The position numbers and the translations under genes were made by a program. This document shows, one piece after another, positions 36,033 through 47,311 of a DNA stretch of 64,000 nucleotides; within the stretch, counting starts at the first letter, position 1; every line of letters starts with the position of its first letter. Source of the DNA: a virus; the IMG/VR virus record IMGVR_UViG_3300028920_001457, positions 13,444-77,443 of that record; one strand, 5' to 3'. The notes beneath the pieces are model-generated. The model had not been told where the DNA came from and did no database searches. It saw only the letters and a list, made by a program, of their open reading frames with translations.

Positions 36033-36080
36033 AAAAGTATTATCTTTGTAGGCGAATAACAAGAATTAAAAACAGAAACC

Positions 36081-37142
36081 ATGATCTTAGTCAATAAGGA
36101 AAGATTGATGATGGATGCTTTGCAAGACCCAAAGCATAAGCATCACGAATTTGCAAAATTTTACAATAACACATTGGAGTTTTTGCAAAAGAGATACAAA
36201 AACTACATGAGGTATACGCGACCAGGGTATCCCAAGACGACAAAGGGTAGGGACTCACGCGGGTTTGACATACCACACATGAAGAAGCCCACACCGCCAA
36301 TGGCAATTCCATTGAAAGCAAATGTTAATGTAGAAGGTAAGTTAGGCAAGAACCTATGGGCGTGTTGCCTTGACGACCCCACATTACTACCGGGTAATCT
36401 GTGGGACTTGGGACGCAGACGTTCCATAACCATAGAAGAAGAACTTATCGTGGATATAGAGAAAGAACCCGATTTGGCTTTCTTCCTTTATGCCATAAGT
36501 CCTTTTAAGAAAAAGAACATTATCAGACTGCATGACCCCGAGGGTATCGATGCCGAGATAGGGGCAGAACAGGAGCTTATCACCAAGCGTAAGACAGCAG
36601 TATGGACATCGCTTACTGACGAGAAAAAACTGCGTACAGTGGCGAGTGCATATAATGTAGCTATGGTAGATAGGAAACAGCCCAATGCTATCCGTCAGGA
36701 ACTTGAGAAGATACTTGAATACAATGACAGGCATAAAGGCATACAGCCATATCTTAAAGGTACGGATGAACTGCTTGAGGAATTACATCTTACCGATGCC
36801 CTTATCATGCGTGCTTATGTACAGAAAACCATTGATGACAAGAAATTAGCATATCGTCCTGATGGCAGGTGGAAGATAGGTGATAAGATAATAGTACAGG
36901 TACCGCAGAATGAGACGAAGACAAGAACGGAATATCTATGTTCTTATCTTTTGGCGGGTAACAATGCCGAAAAGCTCAAGGAGTTCATACATGACACACT
37001 CACAAAGGAATATCTTGACAACTTAGAACTTGAGAAAGAATGGTCTTGGTTGTTTAAGGTAGCCACGGGACAGGCACCCAACTTCAAGAAGAAAGAGGAA
37101 ATCAAGACAAGAGTTAGAGAGACATTCTGCCCGATTGGGTAG
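36081..37142 (+). CDS. hypothetical protein in the head module
   Basis: 353 aa with its own promoter box at 36041. Confidence 0.75.
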   Translation: MILVNKERLMMDALQDPKHKHHEFAKFYNNTLEFLQKRYKNYMRYTRPGYPKTTKGRDSRGFDIPHMKKPTPPMAIPLKANVNVEGKLGKNLWACCLDDPTLLPGNLWDLGRRRSITIEEELIVDIEKEPDLAFFLYAISPFKKKNIIRLHDPEGIDAEIGAEQELITKRKTAVWTSLTDEKKLRTVASAYNVAMVDRKQPNAIRQELEKILEYNDRHKGIQPYLKGTDELLEELHLTDALIMRAYVQKTIDDKKLAYRPDGRWKIGDKIIVQVPQNETKTRTEYLCSYLLAGNNAEKLKEFIHDTLTKEYLDNLELEKEWSWLFKVATGQAPNFKKKEEIKTRVRETFCPIG

Positions 37143-37208
37143 GTTTCTGGGTTGTCTGTCGGATTTGTGATTTGCGAATTGCGATTCGTATGACTTCCAA
37201 TTCTTGTT

Positions 37209-37232
37209 CCAGCCCTTCGGGGCTGGTTTCTT
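37209..37232 (+). terminator. intrinsic terminator
   Basis: CCAGCCC-TTCG-GGGCTGG plus T-rich tract. Confidence 0.75.
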
Positions 37233-37307
37233 CTGAAATAATTATCAATTTATTTGGATTTCTCGTTTATGTGTTTTATCTTTGGTGAAAATTAAAAACA
37301 AGAAGAC

Positions 37308-37541
37308 ATGAATCATATTGATTTTTGGACAGAAAAAAAAATGGACTTAATTAAAAAGGGGAATCTTGCATTTGATATCCACATGGTTGATATATCAAAA
37401 GAAGAATTTAAGCAAATAAAAGAAACCGACTTTTTAATTTCTACTCGTAATTTACCAATATCGCAAAAAACATTAAAGCGTCTCGGGATTAATAAAGTTT
37501 TAAAATATAGCGGAATATTTTGGCTCTTACGAGTTTATTAA
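37308..37541 (+). CDS. hypothetical AT-rich insert protein
   Basis: follows a TATCTTTG box. Confidence 0.55.
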   Translation: MNHIDFWTEKKMDLIKKGNLAFDIHMVDISKEEFKQIKETDFLISTRNLPISQKTLKRLGINKVLKYSGIFWLLRVY

Positions 37542-37566
37542 ATCAAAAATAAACAGGAGGTATATT

Positions 37567-37773
37567 ATGATAAGGATTAAACAACCTAAAATTAAGAAAG
37601 GAACAGAGTTTACGGGGTGGGCTACTTTTAATTGGGGGATATGTCATCAGAGAGTTTTCAGAACCCGGAAAGAAGCAAAAGCTTTTTGTATTGGCATGGG
37701 AAAAGAAGGTTTGACTTGGGATGATGTTAAAGATCATTTCAGAATAGAAAAAGTTAAATGTATTGTTATTTAA
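37567..37773 (+). CDS. hypothetical protein
   Basis: 68 aa ORF. Confidence 0.55.
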   Translation: MIRIKQPKIKKGTEFTGWATFNWGICHQRVFRTRKEAKAFCIGMGKEGLTWDDVKDHFRIEKVKCIVI

Positions 37774-37862
37774 ACTTAATTCACAATGAAAGAAGAACAC
37801 TACACAGATATTGATAATTATCTAAATTTAAAGAAATAAAATAACAAAACAAACAATAGTCC

Positions 37863-37887
37863 AGCCCGTATTTCTACGGGTTTTTTT
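37863..37887 (+). terminator. intrinsic terminator
   Basis: AGCCCGTA-TTTC-TACGGGTT plus T run. Confidence 0.75.
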
Positions 37888-37918
37888 ATTTTAACTAACT
37901 TTGCAGAAAAGTTAGCAA

Positions 37919-38674
37919 ATGCTGTTAGTTGAAGAAATTTATAATCTCTTATTAGACGAGTTAAGGGTTGATGAACGTGGTCTTTCTTGTGATGTAGATA
38001 CCTTCAATAGGCTGGCAAGACTTGTCAATCAGGAGGTATACAATGATTTGGTAAGGCGGTTTGAGGCGGATCAGTCCAATATCAATGCCCTTGGCTCATT
38101 AAAGATTCATAACTATAACATAGCCCTCACTGCGGGGGTGGGGACATTGCCCATAAACTATGGTAGGCTTATAGGTAAGCCGAGGATAGTAGACGATGAT
38201 GGTGTCACCCGATATGTTGATTTAGCCACGTCTTTTGAACATGGTAGCCGTAGTGAGGATTATCTCACACAACCCACAACCACACACCCTACATGTCGGA
38301 TAGGCGGTGTGGATGCTGATGGTTATATGCAGATAAGGGTGTCGCCAACGACAATAACCAATATCTATATAGACTACCTAAAAGAACTTAGCGTACCCTT
38401 TCTTGATTATTATGTTTCAGATACCACGTTACGTTATACATATTTTGACGAGACGGGTGATTTACAGACTGTGCCCGTAGGCTCAACTTATCGTGATGAT
38501 ACACCAGGGGCGGGGACAGCAACAACAGTATCGCTAACAAATAACTTTGACTGGACAGAAGATGAACTCCCCCTTATACTTACCAAACTTGTCAATAGAG
38601 TAGCCAAGCAGTTACCTGATGAATTATTATTACAGGCTACAAACAGAGAACAGGATAAAAGTGATGCTCAATGA
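37919..38674 (+). CDS. putative tail ring/adaptor protein
   Basis: size, position and IYIDYLK motif; first of three similar-sized genes. Confidence 0.65.
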   Translation: MLLVEEIYNLLLDELRVDERGLSCDVDTFNRLARLVNQEVYNDLVRRFEADQSNINALGSLKIHNYNIALTAGVGTLPINYGRLIGKPRIVDDDGVTRYVDLATSFEHGSRSEDYLTQPTTTHPTCRIGGVDADGYMQIRVSPTTITNIYIDYLKELSVPFLDYYVSDTTLRYTYFDETGDLQTVPVGSTYRDDTPGAGTATTVSLTNNFDWTEDELPLILTKLVNRVAKQLPDELLLQATNREQDKSDAQ

Positions 38675-39300
38675 TAAAATCAGAACTACGGTCAGCAGTT
38701 TTAAATTCTTTGCTTAAGTGGGACTCTACGGCGAAATACCACCCAAGGTTTTTGGATGCTGTGATAGAGAAGACACGTAATGAAGTCCTGACAGAGATAT
38801 GGCAGGCAGACCCCCTTGCCCTGCAAAGGTTTACCAAAGGATATGGATATACCACGGCGCTGACAATATCCACAGAACCCACATCGGGGGTATATTACAC
38901 CACATTACCAGAGAATATAGTACCTTTCCCCGATAAAGCATCGGGTGTCAGGCGTGTGGCGTATGCTACGCAAACAGGCATAGGCTTTTATCCAATGGAT
39001 CAGAGGGAATGGGACTTGGTGATGGGCGGTAGCTATACCAACTATGTCAAGAATAAGGTGGGATATATCGTAACGCCAACAAGAGTTGAATACTATGGTA
39101 TGACGGGTGCTGTTATTACGGCGGGTGTAAGGATGGATATTATCATCCCATTTTCAAAATACAGTGATACAGATGTGGTGTTGGTACCCGAACACATAGA
39201 TGGACAGGGGCGTGGTCTTATAGACAGATGTGTGGCAAAACTGATGCAGATACCGCCACAGGTAGATTTAGTTGATGATAACGCAGATATGGTACAATAA
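38671..39300 (+). CDS. putative tail ring protein
   Basis: overlapping start and stop, position before the muzzle gene. Confidence 0.62.
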   Translation: MIKSELRSAVLNSLLKWDSTAKYHPRFLDAVIEKTRNEVLTEIWQADPLALQRFTKGYGYTTALTISTEPTSGVYYTTLPENIVPFPDKASGVRRVAYATQTGIGFYPMDQREWDLVMGGSYTNYVKNKVGYIVTPTRVEYYGMTGAVITAGVRMDIIIPFSKYSDTDVVLVPEHIDGQGRGLIDRCVAKLMQIPPQVDLVDDNADMVQ

Positions 39301-40013
39301 TGGCAGCGACAAATTCTTTAATAGATATTAATCAGGCAGTAAGCAGATTTTTACTGAAATATAAACTATCAACAGAAGACGCATTTATCTTCACAGAACA
39401 TGCATGTGATTGTATCAGGGACTTTAGCCTGTTCGATTCAGGGGACGTTGTCTCGGAAAAGGTAACAATAAGTGCATTGGGCATTATTGAGATGCCTGAT
39501 AGCATGGTGGGTTTTAATGGTTTGTTTATACCTATTAATGGTGAGCTTTGGCCGTTTACAGAAGTGGATACAATCGTCAATACAACAACGACTACGGCGG
39601 GTGTGGAAGGACAGGATAGCGACTTTGGTGAGGGTGTGGCAATATATGACTATGCAAGTGAGGGTTATGGCGGACGACCAGGGGTCAATGATTATAAATA
39701 CACTTTAGACTGGCAAGCAAGACGTATTTTCTGTGAGGGAATAACGAGCGATACAGTGCTGTTGAGGTATGTAACAAGCGGGGTAGAGATAACGGGGACA
39801 ACCTATGTGCCCGAATTTGTTCTGCCTATGATAGATACCTATCTGTTATGGAAAAGTTCTTATTGGCGTCCTGATTTAAAAAGAGAAAGACCATTACTTG
39901 AACGGGACTATACCAATGCAGAGCTAAAGGTCAGGAACTTTATCAATAGCATGTCGTATGACCAATGGCGGGATGTCTTACTTTCAACAAGTGTACTTGC
40001 ACCTATAAGATAA
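39300..40013 (+). CDS. putative tail ring protein
   Basis: VLLRY...G...VPE....IDTYLLWK pattern. Confidence 0.65.
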   Translation: MAATNSLIDINQAVSRFLLKYKLSTEDAFIFTEHACDCIRDFSLFDSGDVVSEKVTISALGIIEMPDSMVGFNGLFIPINGELWPFTEVDTIVNTTTTTAGVEGQDSDFGEGVAIYDYASEGYGGRPGVNDYKYTLDWQARRIFCEGITSDTVLLRYVTSGVEITGTTYVPEFVLPMIDTYLLWKSSYWRPDLKRERPLLERDYTNAELKVRNFINSMSYDQWRDVLLSTSVLAPIR

Positions 40014-40014
40014 T

Positions 40015-43000
40015 ATGGCAAAGATAAAAGATGAAATCATATTTACAGATTTTGGGCTGAACCAGGATGATGACCTGCGGTATGTCGGCAAGGGCAGTAC
40101 GCCTTACGCTATGAATATATTGAAGGGCGAAGATGGTGCCTCGGGTGTGATAACCAACATGAAGGGCAACAAACTTGTCAGTTATCAGCTTGGCGATTCC
40201 AACACTTATTTTGTCCTTGGCAGTTGCTATGATACTCTCACAAGAAATGTATATTACTTCATATTTTCACAGCCTTATGACACCACGGGTAGCGGTGATT
40301 ATGAATACGACAATAGGTTACTACAGTTTAATGAGGATGATGAGGAGATAACCCTTATTTTCAGGGATACCAGAAATTACTTCGGCTTAGACCCTGCCCG
40401 TCCTATGAAAGACCCGTTTGTTTTGGGTGAATGGCTGTATTTCAATCCCATAACATCCGAGCCCAAGATGATACATCTCACCATGGCATATTATTATACT
40501 GCCTGTACCTATAGGACAGTACCGGGATATTATGTATATGATGCCACAGATACTTATTTATATGGTGATAAGGTGTCTTACTTTGGTGGTTTGTTTCTTG
40601 CTTTGGCGGCTGTGGCTGTTGGTGAAACACCTGTTACGACACCCGCCAAATGGGATAGGATAGGTAGTGTTTATCAGGACGAATCATTCCTACAATTTGA
40701 TTCTGAATTCCGCTATGCTTTTAATGTTATAAAACAACCGCCTGCCCATAGACCTATTTGTAATTACGCCACAGACGCAGAGAGGTCTTTTAATAACGTC
40801 AAGGGGAAAGTATTCAGATTCACGCACAGATATAAGTATTTTGATAATACATATTCTGTATGGGGGGCATATTCAGATGTGATGTTGCCACCCGATGATG
40901 AGAGTTATAATGGGGAGATAACAGGGAATGATATATCTAATAATTATATAGAAGTCAGAATACCTTTGTTTTCTGCTGCCTTAATCAAGGAAATAGAACT
41001 TGTATTTCAGGAGGTGGATGGCAATTGGCGGTGTGCTAAAGTTATTAACAGAAGGGATTTAGATATAATAACAGACATCTATTACACACATGATTTTTAT
41101 AATGATGAATCTTATCCCGAGATAGATGATACATATATCAATACATCCCACGATAGTGTTCCACGAACAGCCAATTGTCAGGAAATAATCAACAAGAATA
41201 TTCTCACCTATGCTTATTGTAAGGAGGGGTTTAATAATCTCGATAAAGAAGACATAGATGTAAGTCTGACACCTGAACCAGTAGAATTTGAGGTTGGTGC
41301 GGCGGTGCAAGCTTATGGTGCTTTTATATATGATGCCGTGGGGGATATAGTTTATGGATGGGAAGACGATCCGCTTAACGCCGATATTGTTTTATATGCC
41401 TATGCTTTAATTGGTCTTAATAACGCCTTCCTTGCAGGTATTAGTGTGGGAGATGTGTTCAGGATAACAGTTGATGGTACACAGTATCATTATGTGTTAC
41501 TTGATGCCGATGATGATAGTGTACAGGACTTAGTTGTGGGCATTGTGGCTTTCTTGAATACCATAGCACCGAATTATAATGCTATAGTCGACCCACTAGA
41601 TGACACTTATGTTAGGTTAGAGGCTGGTTATGGTGTGGAGGAAATAAGTGTCAGCCAAGCGTCATTTCACAACACTGGGGTTGGTGAAGATGCGGCCTAT
41701 CTCATAAAACAAAGAGGATTTAAGACAGGGGCATGGCATCCATTCTGTATTTTTTATTATGACGAAGCATTGCGTAGGTGGGATGCACAAACAGCAAAAG
41801 ATAAAACCGATGGTGCTGTGGCATGGGAAATAGATGGCACGGTGGTTTATGTTCCATTACTTGCAGAATATTCACCCACACCTACAGGTTTAAATGTTAA
41901 ATGGGTTGTTAATTGGGAGGTAAACCATCTTCCGCCCGAAGGTGCTAAATATTGGCGATGGGGTTATGCGGGCAATACTCTTTGTTCATATTTTATACGT
42001 TATATTATTGATGATGACGACCCGATAGGTGATGTCGCCGTGGGTAGTGCAGAAGAACCCATTAACACTACTTATATAAATATCAAACCATTACAGACGC
42101 TTACCAATACAGCGGAAAATGACTGGAATAAATTTCCCAACTCAAATATAAGATCATATTCATGGGAATCAGGTGATAGGATTAGGTTTATTACCGAAGC
42201 TGCTGGGGCGAATGACATAGGTGCGCCACTTGACACCATCTATGATTATGAGATTATTATGCAGGATGAAGCTAATCATAAAATTTATATAAGAGAATTT
42301 GATTGGGCTGCCGCTGGAATTGGTGCGCAAACTCTTGTGGAGATATATTGTCCGCTTAAGGGTGGTACGGAAACTGTTTATTATGAGTTTGGCGAAATAA
42401 TGCCTATTATTGAAGATTCAGCGGGCAATCTTGTTCATGGTGCGCCGATAGTTGCCAATAGCCAGGACTATGATTTAAGTATTGCCGCAACAGGGGTTTT
42501 TACAACGGGTGATGTTTACCATATATTAAGAACGCCAAGCTGTCCTATAGAAGATATAGAAGCGTATGTCCATGAATCTATGTGGTATTCAGACTTTTAT
42601 GATAGTGATGATTGGGATAAGGGCAAGACAGGGATGGAAACTATATTTAATGAACGCTATCTTAATATAGTAAGATATTCATATCCTTATTTACAGAACA
42701 CACAAATTAATGGGTTAAGCACCTTTGATGGCGATAATTACAAGCCATTAAATGATGTCTACGGCGAAATACTGCGTATCATAGAAATAGGTGACACGCT
42801 AAAGGTATATCAAAGAAAGAAACCAAGCTCTATACTTATCGGACGTACAGAATATACAGATGCCGAGGGTAATACTACTGTGGCTATCAGTGAAAGGGTG
42901 CTTGGCGCACTAAGATATTCTACCACTAACTATGGTACGGAATTTCCCGAAAGCATAGAAAGAAATAACCGTTATGTCTATGGGTTTGATGTTTATAATG

Positions 43001-45087
43001 GTGTCCTTTGGCGGGATTCGCCCAACGGTATCTTCCCTGTAAGTGGACGTTACGAATCTATGGACGGTGGCAGTGACTATAAGATGGAAACCTATTTCAA
43101 GGAAAAAGCCAAGGAACTGCTTGTATCGGGAACAGACCATGTACAGGTGCCTATCGTATGGGATGAGCGCCATAAGAACTTATATGTGATATTCAAAGAT
43201 ACTGTACTTGAAGAAAACAATGAGAATATTGTATTTCACGAAGCAAGTAACCGTTGGATATGTTTCACTGATATGGACAGGACTTATGACGAGGGGTGGA
43301 ATCAGATACTTGAATTGGATTGGTGGGTATTATGGGGTTTTGATGGTGGTCTTGGCTATAGCTTTGATGAGGACACACGTTTTGCTGTGTTCGATATAGG
43401 TGACGGTCTGGGTACGCCAGAAACAGTCAGGGCGTTTGGTTCATTAACTGAATTAACGCTGACGGCACTTGCACCCGATATTATTATTGACTCCACACCC
43501 GTACCACCGCTTGCGGTAATGCATGTAGAACCACTAGTTCCCGTTCCTATTTCCTCGTGGATAGATTCGAGCAACGAGAACCCTGCCATAGCCTACGATT
43601 GTGACACCATAGGTGAGGTAACAGCAACTGGACAGGCAACAATAACAGCCTATGCCAAGAGTTCTGAATTACAGACTATCTTAATAAAGATAAACCACAT
43701 TACCGAATCGTGGTTGCATGTAACAAAAGCCGATGGTGTGTATCTTAGTATCGGACAAACATTGGTTTCAGGAACGGATGCTTTGCATGATCCGCCATAT
43801 AAGGATGTTGATTTGTATTTCTTTTCAACAACAGGGGGTAACACTGGGGCAGCACGTACCGCACAGGTTATCTTTGAAGATGGTTTTGGTAATTATGAAA
43901 TTGTAACAGTACATCAGGCTGTCAATCCCACACCCCCGGATGTCACCGTTGGCGTATTGGGTGGTGATATATGGCTTACCCTAACAGGAGAGGAAGGGAT
44001 AGCCACACTTGGCAGTAATAACATAACTGTTAATTTCACCCCCGACCATGGTGATAAGATAGCAGGACAGTATTATACTGTTTACTGGTCTGCATTTATA
44101 ACAAGGGATGGTATTTATTCAAATGAATCATGTGGAACGGGTTATTGGTCTAATATAGAAGATGAGGTGGCTACAAGTGAAACTGCATCTGTTAGTATTC
44201 CCGATGCCTCTGTGCCAAGAGTTGGTGACACATTTTATATTTATTTATCGGTTAATTATGTTAATATTGAGGATGTGACAATAGACACCCTGTCATTATT
44301 AACCATCACACCATTAGTACCCCAAGCCATAGTATCGAACTGCACAATAACAGGAAGTCCGATATCCTTTACCCATGATGAACTATATGATGCCCCTCTG
44401 AACGACGCACAACCATTTGTTGTGCTTAAAGCCCCGGCCACGGCAACCTGTAAGATAATCTACATAGAATCATGGCTTAGATTATTCAATTCTCTGGGGG
44501 TTGAGTTATTTAACGGGATGACACCCGATTCTGTTGATGCTACTGGCGTGGGTGAAACCCTGCGTGTTGTACCCAGAACAGCCAATACGGGCGGTGATAG
44601 GGAAGGTACTTATGATGGTGATGGGACGGCAGTGGTATTTCATGTTCAGGAATATGGCGACATAGGTAAGCTGGTTGTATATCAAGCCCACGCTCCAACC
44701 ACATTTGAACATGACACCATATATATAAGTTCTACGGGAAGTGCATATCTGAGTTTTAAATATGGCAGCGTTCAGAGAATTGTCGGAACGGATGTTAGTA
44801 ATGAGCTAAGTATGTCGTTTTGTATTGAATCGACATTACACGGATGGAACGAACCCTATACTTTATATTATAAGGTATTTGTTAAGAAAGCAGCGAGTTC
44901 CACTTATTATTACACATGGCTCGCAGAGGGTTCATTTACCTATTATGATGAGATGGGCATCAGTCTTATTTCCTCGCCCCCCAATAACATATATTTATAT
45001 GATGATGGTGGTGCGGCTTATCTTGTAACAGACGCAGATACCATTGAAGTATGGGTATCGCATGTTAATTTTTGGAGCAGGGCGTAA
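40015..45087 (+). CDS. tail stabilisation/muzzle protein (P22 gp10-like), N-terminal part plus acidic beta-rich extension
   Basis: GLNQDDD...AMNI...G..GVITNMKGN start; FRFTHRYKY.DN..S; INGLSTF; YGTEFPES; FHEASNRW. Confidence 0.8.
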   Translation: MAKIKDEIIFTDFGLNQDDDLRYVGKGSTPYAMNILKGEDGASGVITNMKGNKLVSYQLGDSNTYFVLGSCYDTLTRNVYYFIFSQPYDTTGSGDYEYDNRLLQFNEDDEEITLIFRDTRNYFGLDPARPMKDPFVLGEWLYFNPITSEPKMIHLTMAYYYTACTYRTVPGYYVYDATDTYLYGDKVSYFGGLFLALAAVAVGETPVTTPAKWDRIGSVYQDESFLQFDSEFRYAFNVIKQPPAHRPICNYATDAERSFNNVKGKVFRFTHRYKYFDNTYSVWGAYSDVMLPPDDESYNGEITGNDISNNYIEVRIPLFSAALIKEIELVFQEVDGNWRCAKVINRRDLDIITDIYYTHDFYNDESYPEIDDTYINTSHDSVPRTANCQEIINKNILTYAYCKEGFNNLDKEDIDVSLTPEPVEFEVGAAVQAYGAFIYDAVGDIVYGWEDDPLNADIVLYAYALIGLNNAFLAGISVGDVFRITVDGTQYHYVLLDADDDSVQDLVVGIVAFLNTIAPNYNAIVDPLDDTYVRLEAGYGVEEISVSQASFHNTGVGEDAAYLIKQRGFKTGAWHPFCIFYYDEALRRWDAQTAKDKTDGAVAWEIDGTVVYVPLLAEYSPTPTGLNVKWVVNWEVNHLPPEGAKYWRWGYAGNTLCSYFIRYIIDDDDPIGDVAVGSAEEPINTTYINIKPLQTLTNTAENDWNKFPNSNIRSYSWESGDRIRFITEAAGANDIGAPLDTIYDYEIIMQDEANHKIYIREFDWAAAGIGAQTLVEIYCPLKGGTETVYYEFGEIMPIIEDSAGNLVHGAPIVANSQDYDLSIAATGVFTTGDVYHILRTPSCPIEDIEAYVHESMWYSDFYDSDDWDKGKTGMETIFNERYLNIVRYSYPYLQNTQINGLSTFDGDNYKPLNDVYGEILRIIEIGDTLKVYQRKKPSSILIGRTEYTDAEGNTTVAISERVLGALRYSTTNYGTEFPESIERNNRYVYGFDVYNGVLWRDSPNGIFPVSGRYESMDGGSDYKMETYFKEKAKELLVSGTDHVQVPIVWDERHKNLYVIFKDTVLEENNENIVFHEASNRWICFTDMDRTYDEGWNQILELDWWVLWGFDGGLGYSFDEDTRFAVFDIGDGLGTPETVRAFGSLTELTLTALAPDIIIDSTPVPPLAVMHVEPLVPVPISSWIDSSNENPAIAYDCDTIGEVTATGQATITAYAKSSELQTILIKINHITESWLHVTKADGVYLSIGQTLVSGTDALHDPPYKDVDLYFFSTTGGNTGAARTAQVIFEDGFGNYEIVTVHQAVNPTPPDVTVGVLGGDIWLTLTGEEGIATLGSNNITVNFTPDHGDKIAGQYYTVYWSAFITRDGIYSNESCGTGYWSNIEDEVATSETASVSIPDASVPRVGDTFYIYLSVNYVNIEDVTIDTLSLLTITPLVPQAIVSNCTITGSPISFTHDELYDAPLNDAQPFVVLKAPATATCKIIYIESWLRLFNSLGVELFNGMTPDSVDATGVGETLRVVPRTANTGGDREGTYDGDGTAVVFHVQEYGDIGKLVVYQAHAPTTFEHDTIYISSTGSAYLSFKYGSVQRIVGTDVSNELSMSFCIESTLHGWNEPYTLYYKVFVKKAASSTYYYTWLAEGSFTYYDEMGISLISSPPNNIYLYDDGGAAYLVTDADTIEVWVSHVNFWSRA

Positions 45088-45126
45088 ATTTTTAGTAATT
45101 TTGCAAAAACTTAATAATAACATAAA

Positions 45127-45546
45127 ATGGCAGTAACAGGAACAATACCGAAACAGGTTAAGAGAGAAATTGTAGACGCATGGTTGCCAGCCGCAGAAAC
45201 CACATGGAAGGTTGCATTGCTTGATGATACCTTTGTGTATGACCACACCACACATGTCACCTATGCTGATGTTAGTGGAGATGAGATTGCTGGGATAGGA
45301 TATACGGCGGGGGGGGCAACACTTGCAGGTAGGGTTGTGGGTTATGTGGACACGGATGACACATACATAGACGCCACGGATACCCAATGGACTACTGCTA
45401 CATTTGCCAATGTGCAGTATGTGGTAGTCTATGAAACATCCGGCGGGTTAATACGTGTTATCTATGACCTCGGCACGACACATGATGTAACAGCAGGTAC
45501 TTTCACTATTCAGTGGAATACTGGGGGGTTAATTAAGGTAGTCTAA
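45127..45546 (+). CDS. virion structural protein
   Basis: KVALL...EIAG.GYTAGGATL...GTFTIQWN pattern typical of phage structural proteins. Confidence 0.7.
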   Translation: MAVTGTIPKQVKREIVDAWLPAAETTWKVALLDDTFVYDHTTHVTYADVSGDEIAGIGYTAGGATLAGRVVGYVDTDDTYIDATDTQWTTATFANVQYVVVYETSGGLIRVIYDLGTTHDVTAGTFTIQWNTGGLIKVV

Positions 45547-45559
45547 AAATTATTCGGTT

Positions 45560-46597
45560 ATGCAGAAGGACAATATCTGTAGATCATCAGAATTCCATAT
45601 GGATGAAGGTGATGTTTTACACCTCAGATTCCTCGATGAAACCTTTCAGCCAATAGAGTTTATGTTGGCTTCAAGCGGGGATAATGATAATATTGATGAA
45701 GTACCTGATGCGCCTACTGCATTAGCCGCAAGTGATATAACAGATAGTAGCTTTTATGCTAACTGGAATTATCAGGAAAACACGCTTGGGTTCTATCTTG
45801 ATGTTTCAACAGCAAGTGATTTCAGTTCTTTTGTTGTGGGATACGAGGATTTGGATGTCGGGTTGGTTAATGAATATAGTGTTGTGGGATTGGGTGATGC
45901 TATTCCATATTATTATCGTTTAAGAGCATATAATGATATAGGCACAAGCGTGAATTCTAATATAATCACCCTGACAACTGCATGTGAGGTAATAACTGAT
46001 TTCGATGGTAATGTATATACTTATGTGACAATAGGAACACAACAGTGGTTGGTTGAAAATCTACAGACAACACATTATAATGATGGCACGGCAATTCCAA
46101 ATTTGACATTAAACGCTGATTGGATCGCAGAAGACGGTACACCGGGACATGATGGTGCATATTGTTGGTATGATAATGATGCTGTTACCTATGCTGATTA
46201 TGGGTGTTTATATAATTGGTATGCGGTAGATAATGCACATGGGTTTGCGGTGGTAGGTTGGCGAATTCCCACTAATGCAGATATGACAACATTATCTGAT
46301 TATTTGGGGGGATTGTTGGGTACTGGGGGTGAATTAAAAGAAACTGGCACGGTGCATTGGAACAGTCCGAATACAGGAGCAACTAACGAAACGGGGTTTA
46401 CGGCTCTTCCAGGTGGCTTGCGGGCGGTGGCTGGTGCATTCTCTAACATTGGAGTTAGTGGACATTGGTGGTCGTCCACGGAAGTTGATGCTGGAAATGC
46501 ATGGCTTCGTTATTTGACTGCTCCTGATGATGATATTATTGTTAATAGTGTTGCTAAATATGCTGGTTATTCGGTTAAATGTATGAGAGATGTATAA
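45560..46597 (+). CDS. fibronectin type III plus FISUMP (Fib_succ_major) domain protein
   Basis: YYYRLRAYN FN3 motif; DFDGNVY..VTIGTQQWL.ENL, YG.LYNWYAV, TGFTALPGG, GYSVKC. Confidence 0.88.
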   Translation: MQKDNICRSSEFHMDEGDVLHLRFLDETFQPIEFMLASSGDNDNIDEVPDAPTALAASDITDSSFYANWNYQENTLGFYLDVSTASDFSSFVVGYEDLDVGLVNEYSVVGLGDAIPYYYRLRAYNDIGTSVNSNIITLTTACEVITDFDGNVYTYVTIGTQQWLVENLQTTHYNDGTAIPNLTLNADWIAEDGTPGHDGAYCWYDNDAVTYADYGCLYNWYAVDNAHGFAVVGWRIPTNADMTTLSDYLGGLLGTGGELKETGTVHWNSPNTGATNETGFTALPGGLRAVAGAFSNIGVSGHWWSSTEVDAGNAWLRYLTAPDDDIIVNSVAKYAGYSVKCMRDV

Positions 46598-46633
46598 AAC
46601 ATTAATATATGGCAAGAGAGTATCAAATAATGA

Positions 46634-47311
46634 ATGAGAATTATGGGACGACCCAATAGTGGATTAAATATTGGTGGTATTTATAAAATACAATCTATAA
46701 TAAAGCCCGATAGGGTTTATATTGGTAGTGCTGTTAATTTCAGGCATAGAAGGAATATACATTTCAGAACTCTAAGAAAAAACAAGCATAAAAATCCCAA
46801 GTTACAGGCTCATTATAATAAGTATGGGGGAAAAGACTTGGTGTTTTCAATTCTTGTTGTTTGTGATATAAAATATATTACTCCCGAAGGTGGGGTTATT
46901 TGGCTTGAACAATTTTTTCTTGATGCCTATAAACCCTGGTTCAATATTGCCAAAATTGCAGGGAGTAGTTTGGGCGTTAAGAGATCGGATAAAACCAAGG
47001 CGCTGCTTAGTAGAATAAAGGGGAATAAGACCGATGAAGAAAAAAGGAAATGTGGGGAACATAATATAGGACGAATACCGTGGAATAAGGGGATGAAATT
47101 TGGGAAGCAAAGTCCTGAATTAGTGGAAAAACGAGTAGCCCCGATGCGGGGGAGGAAAAGACCACCTTTTTCGCAGGAATGGAGAGATAATTTAAGTAAA
47201 TCCCACATGGGGCACAAACAACCCCAAGGGGTATTAGATAAAAGATCAAAGGCGATGAAATTAGTTTGGGCAAAAAAGAAAGAATTAGAGAATAAGGAGG
47301 CTGTGGCATGA
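46634..47311 (+). CDS. GIY-YIG homing endonuclease with NUMOD3-like repeats
   Basis: GIYKI...VYIGS...R...H; IAGSSLGVKRS; PWNKG. Confidence 0.88.
   Translation: MRIMGRPNSGLNIGGIYKIQSIIKPDRVYIGSAVNFRHRRNIHFRTLRKNKHKNPKLQAHYNKYGGKDLVFSILVVCDIKYITPEGGVIWLEQFFLDAYKPWFNIAKIAGSSLGVKRSDKTKALLSRIKGNKTDEEKRKCGEHNIGRIPWNKGMKFGKQSPELVEKRVAPMRGRKRPPFSQEWRDNLSKSHMGHKQPQGVLDKRSKAMKLVWAKKKELENKEAVA

Noticed and set aside
35100-36080. Group I intron around the HNH gene after the capsid gene
   Set aside because: The capsid ORF ends cleanly with a terminator, and the flanks are too short for an intron core.
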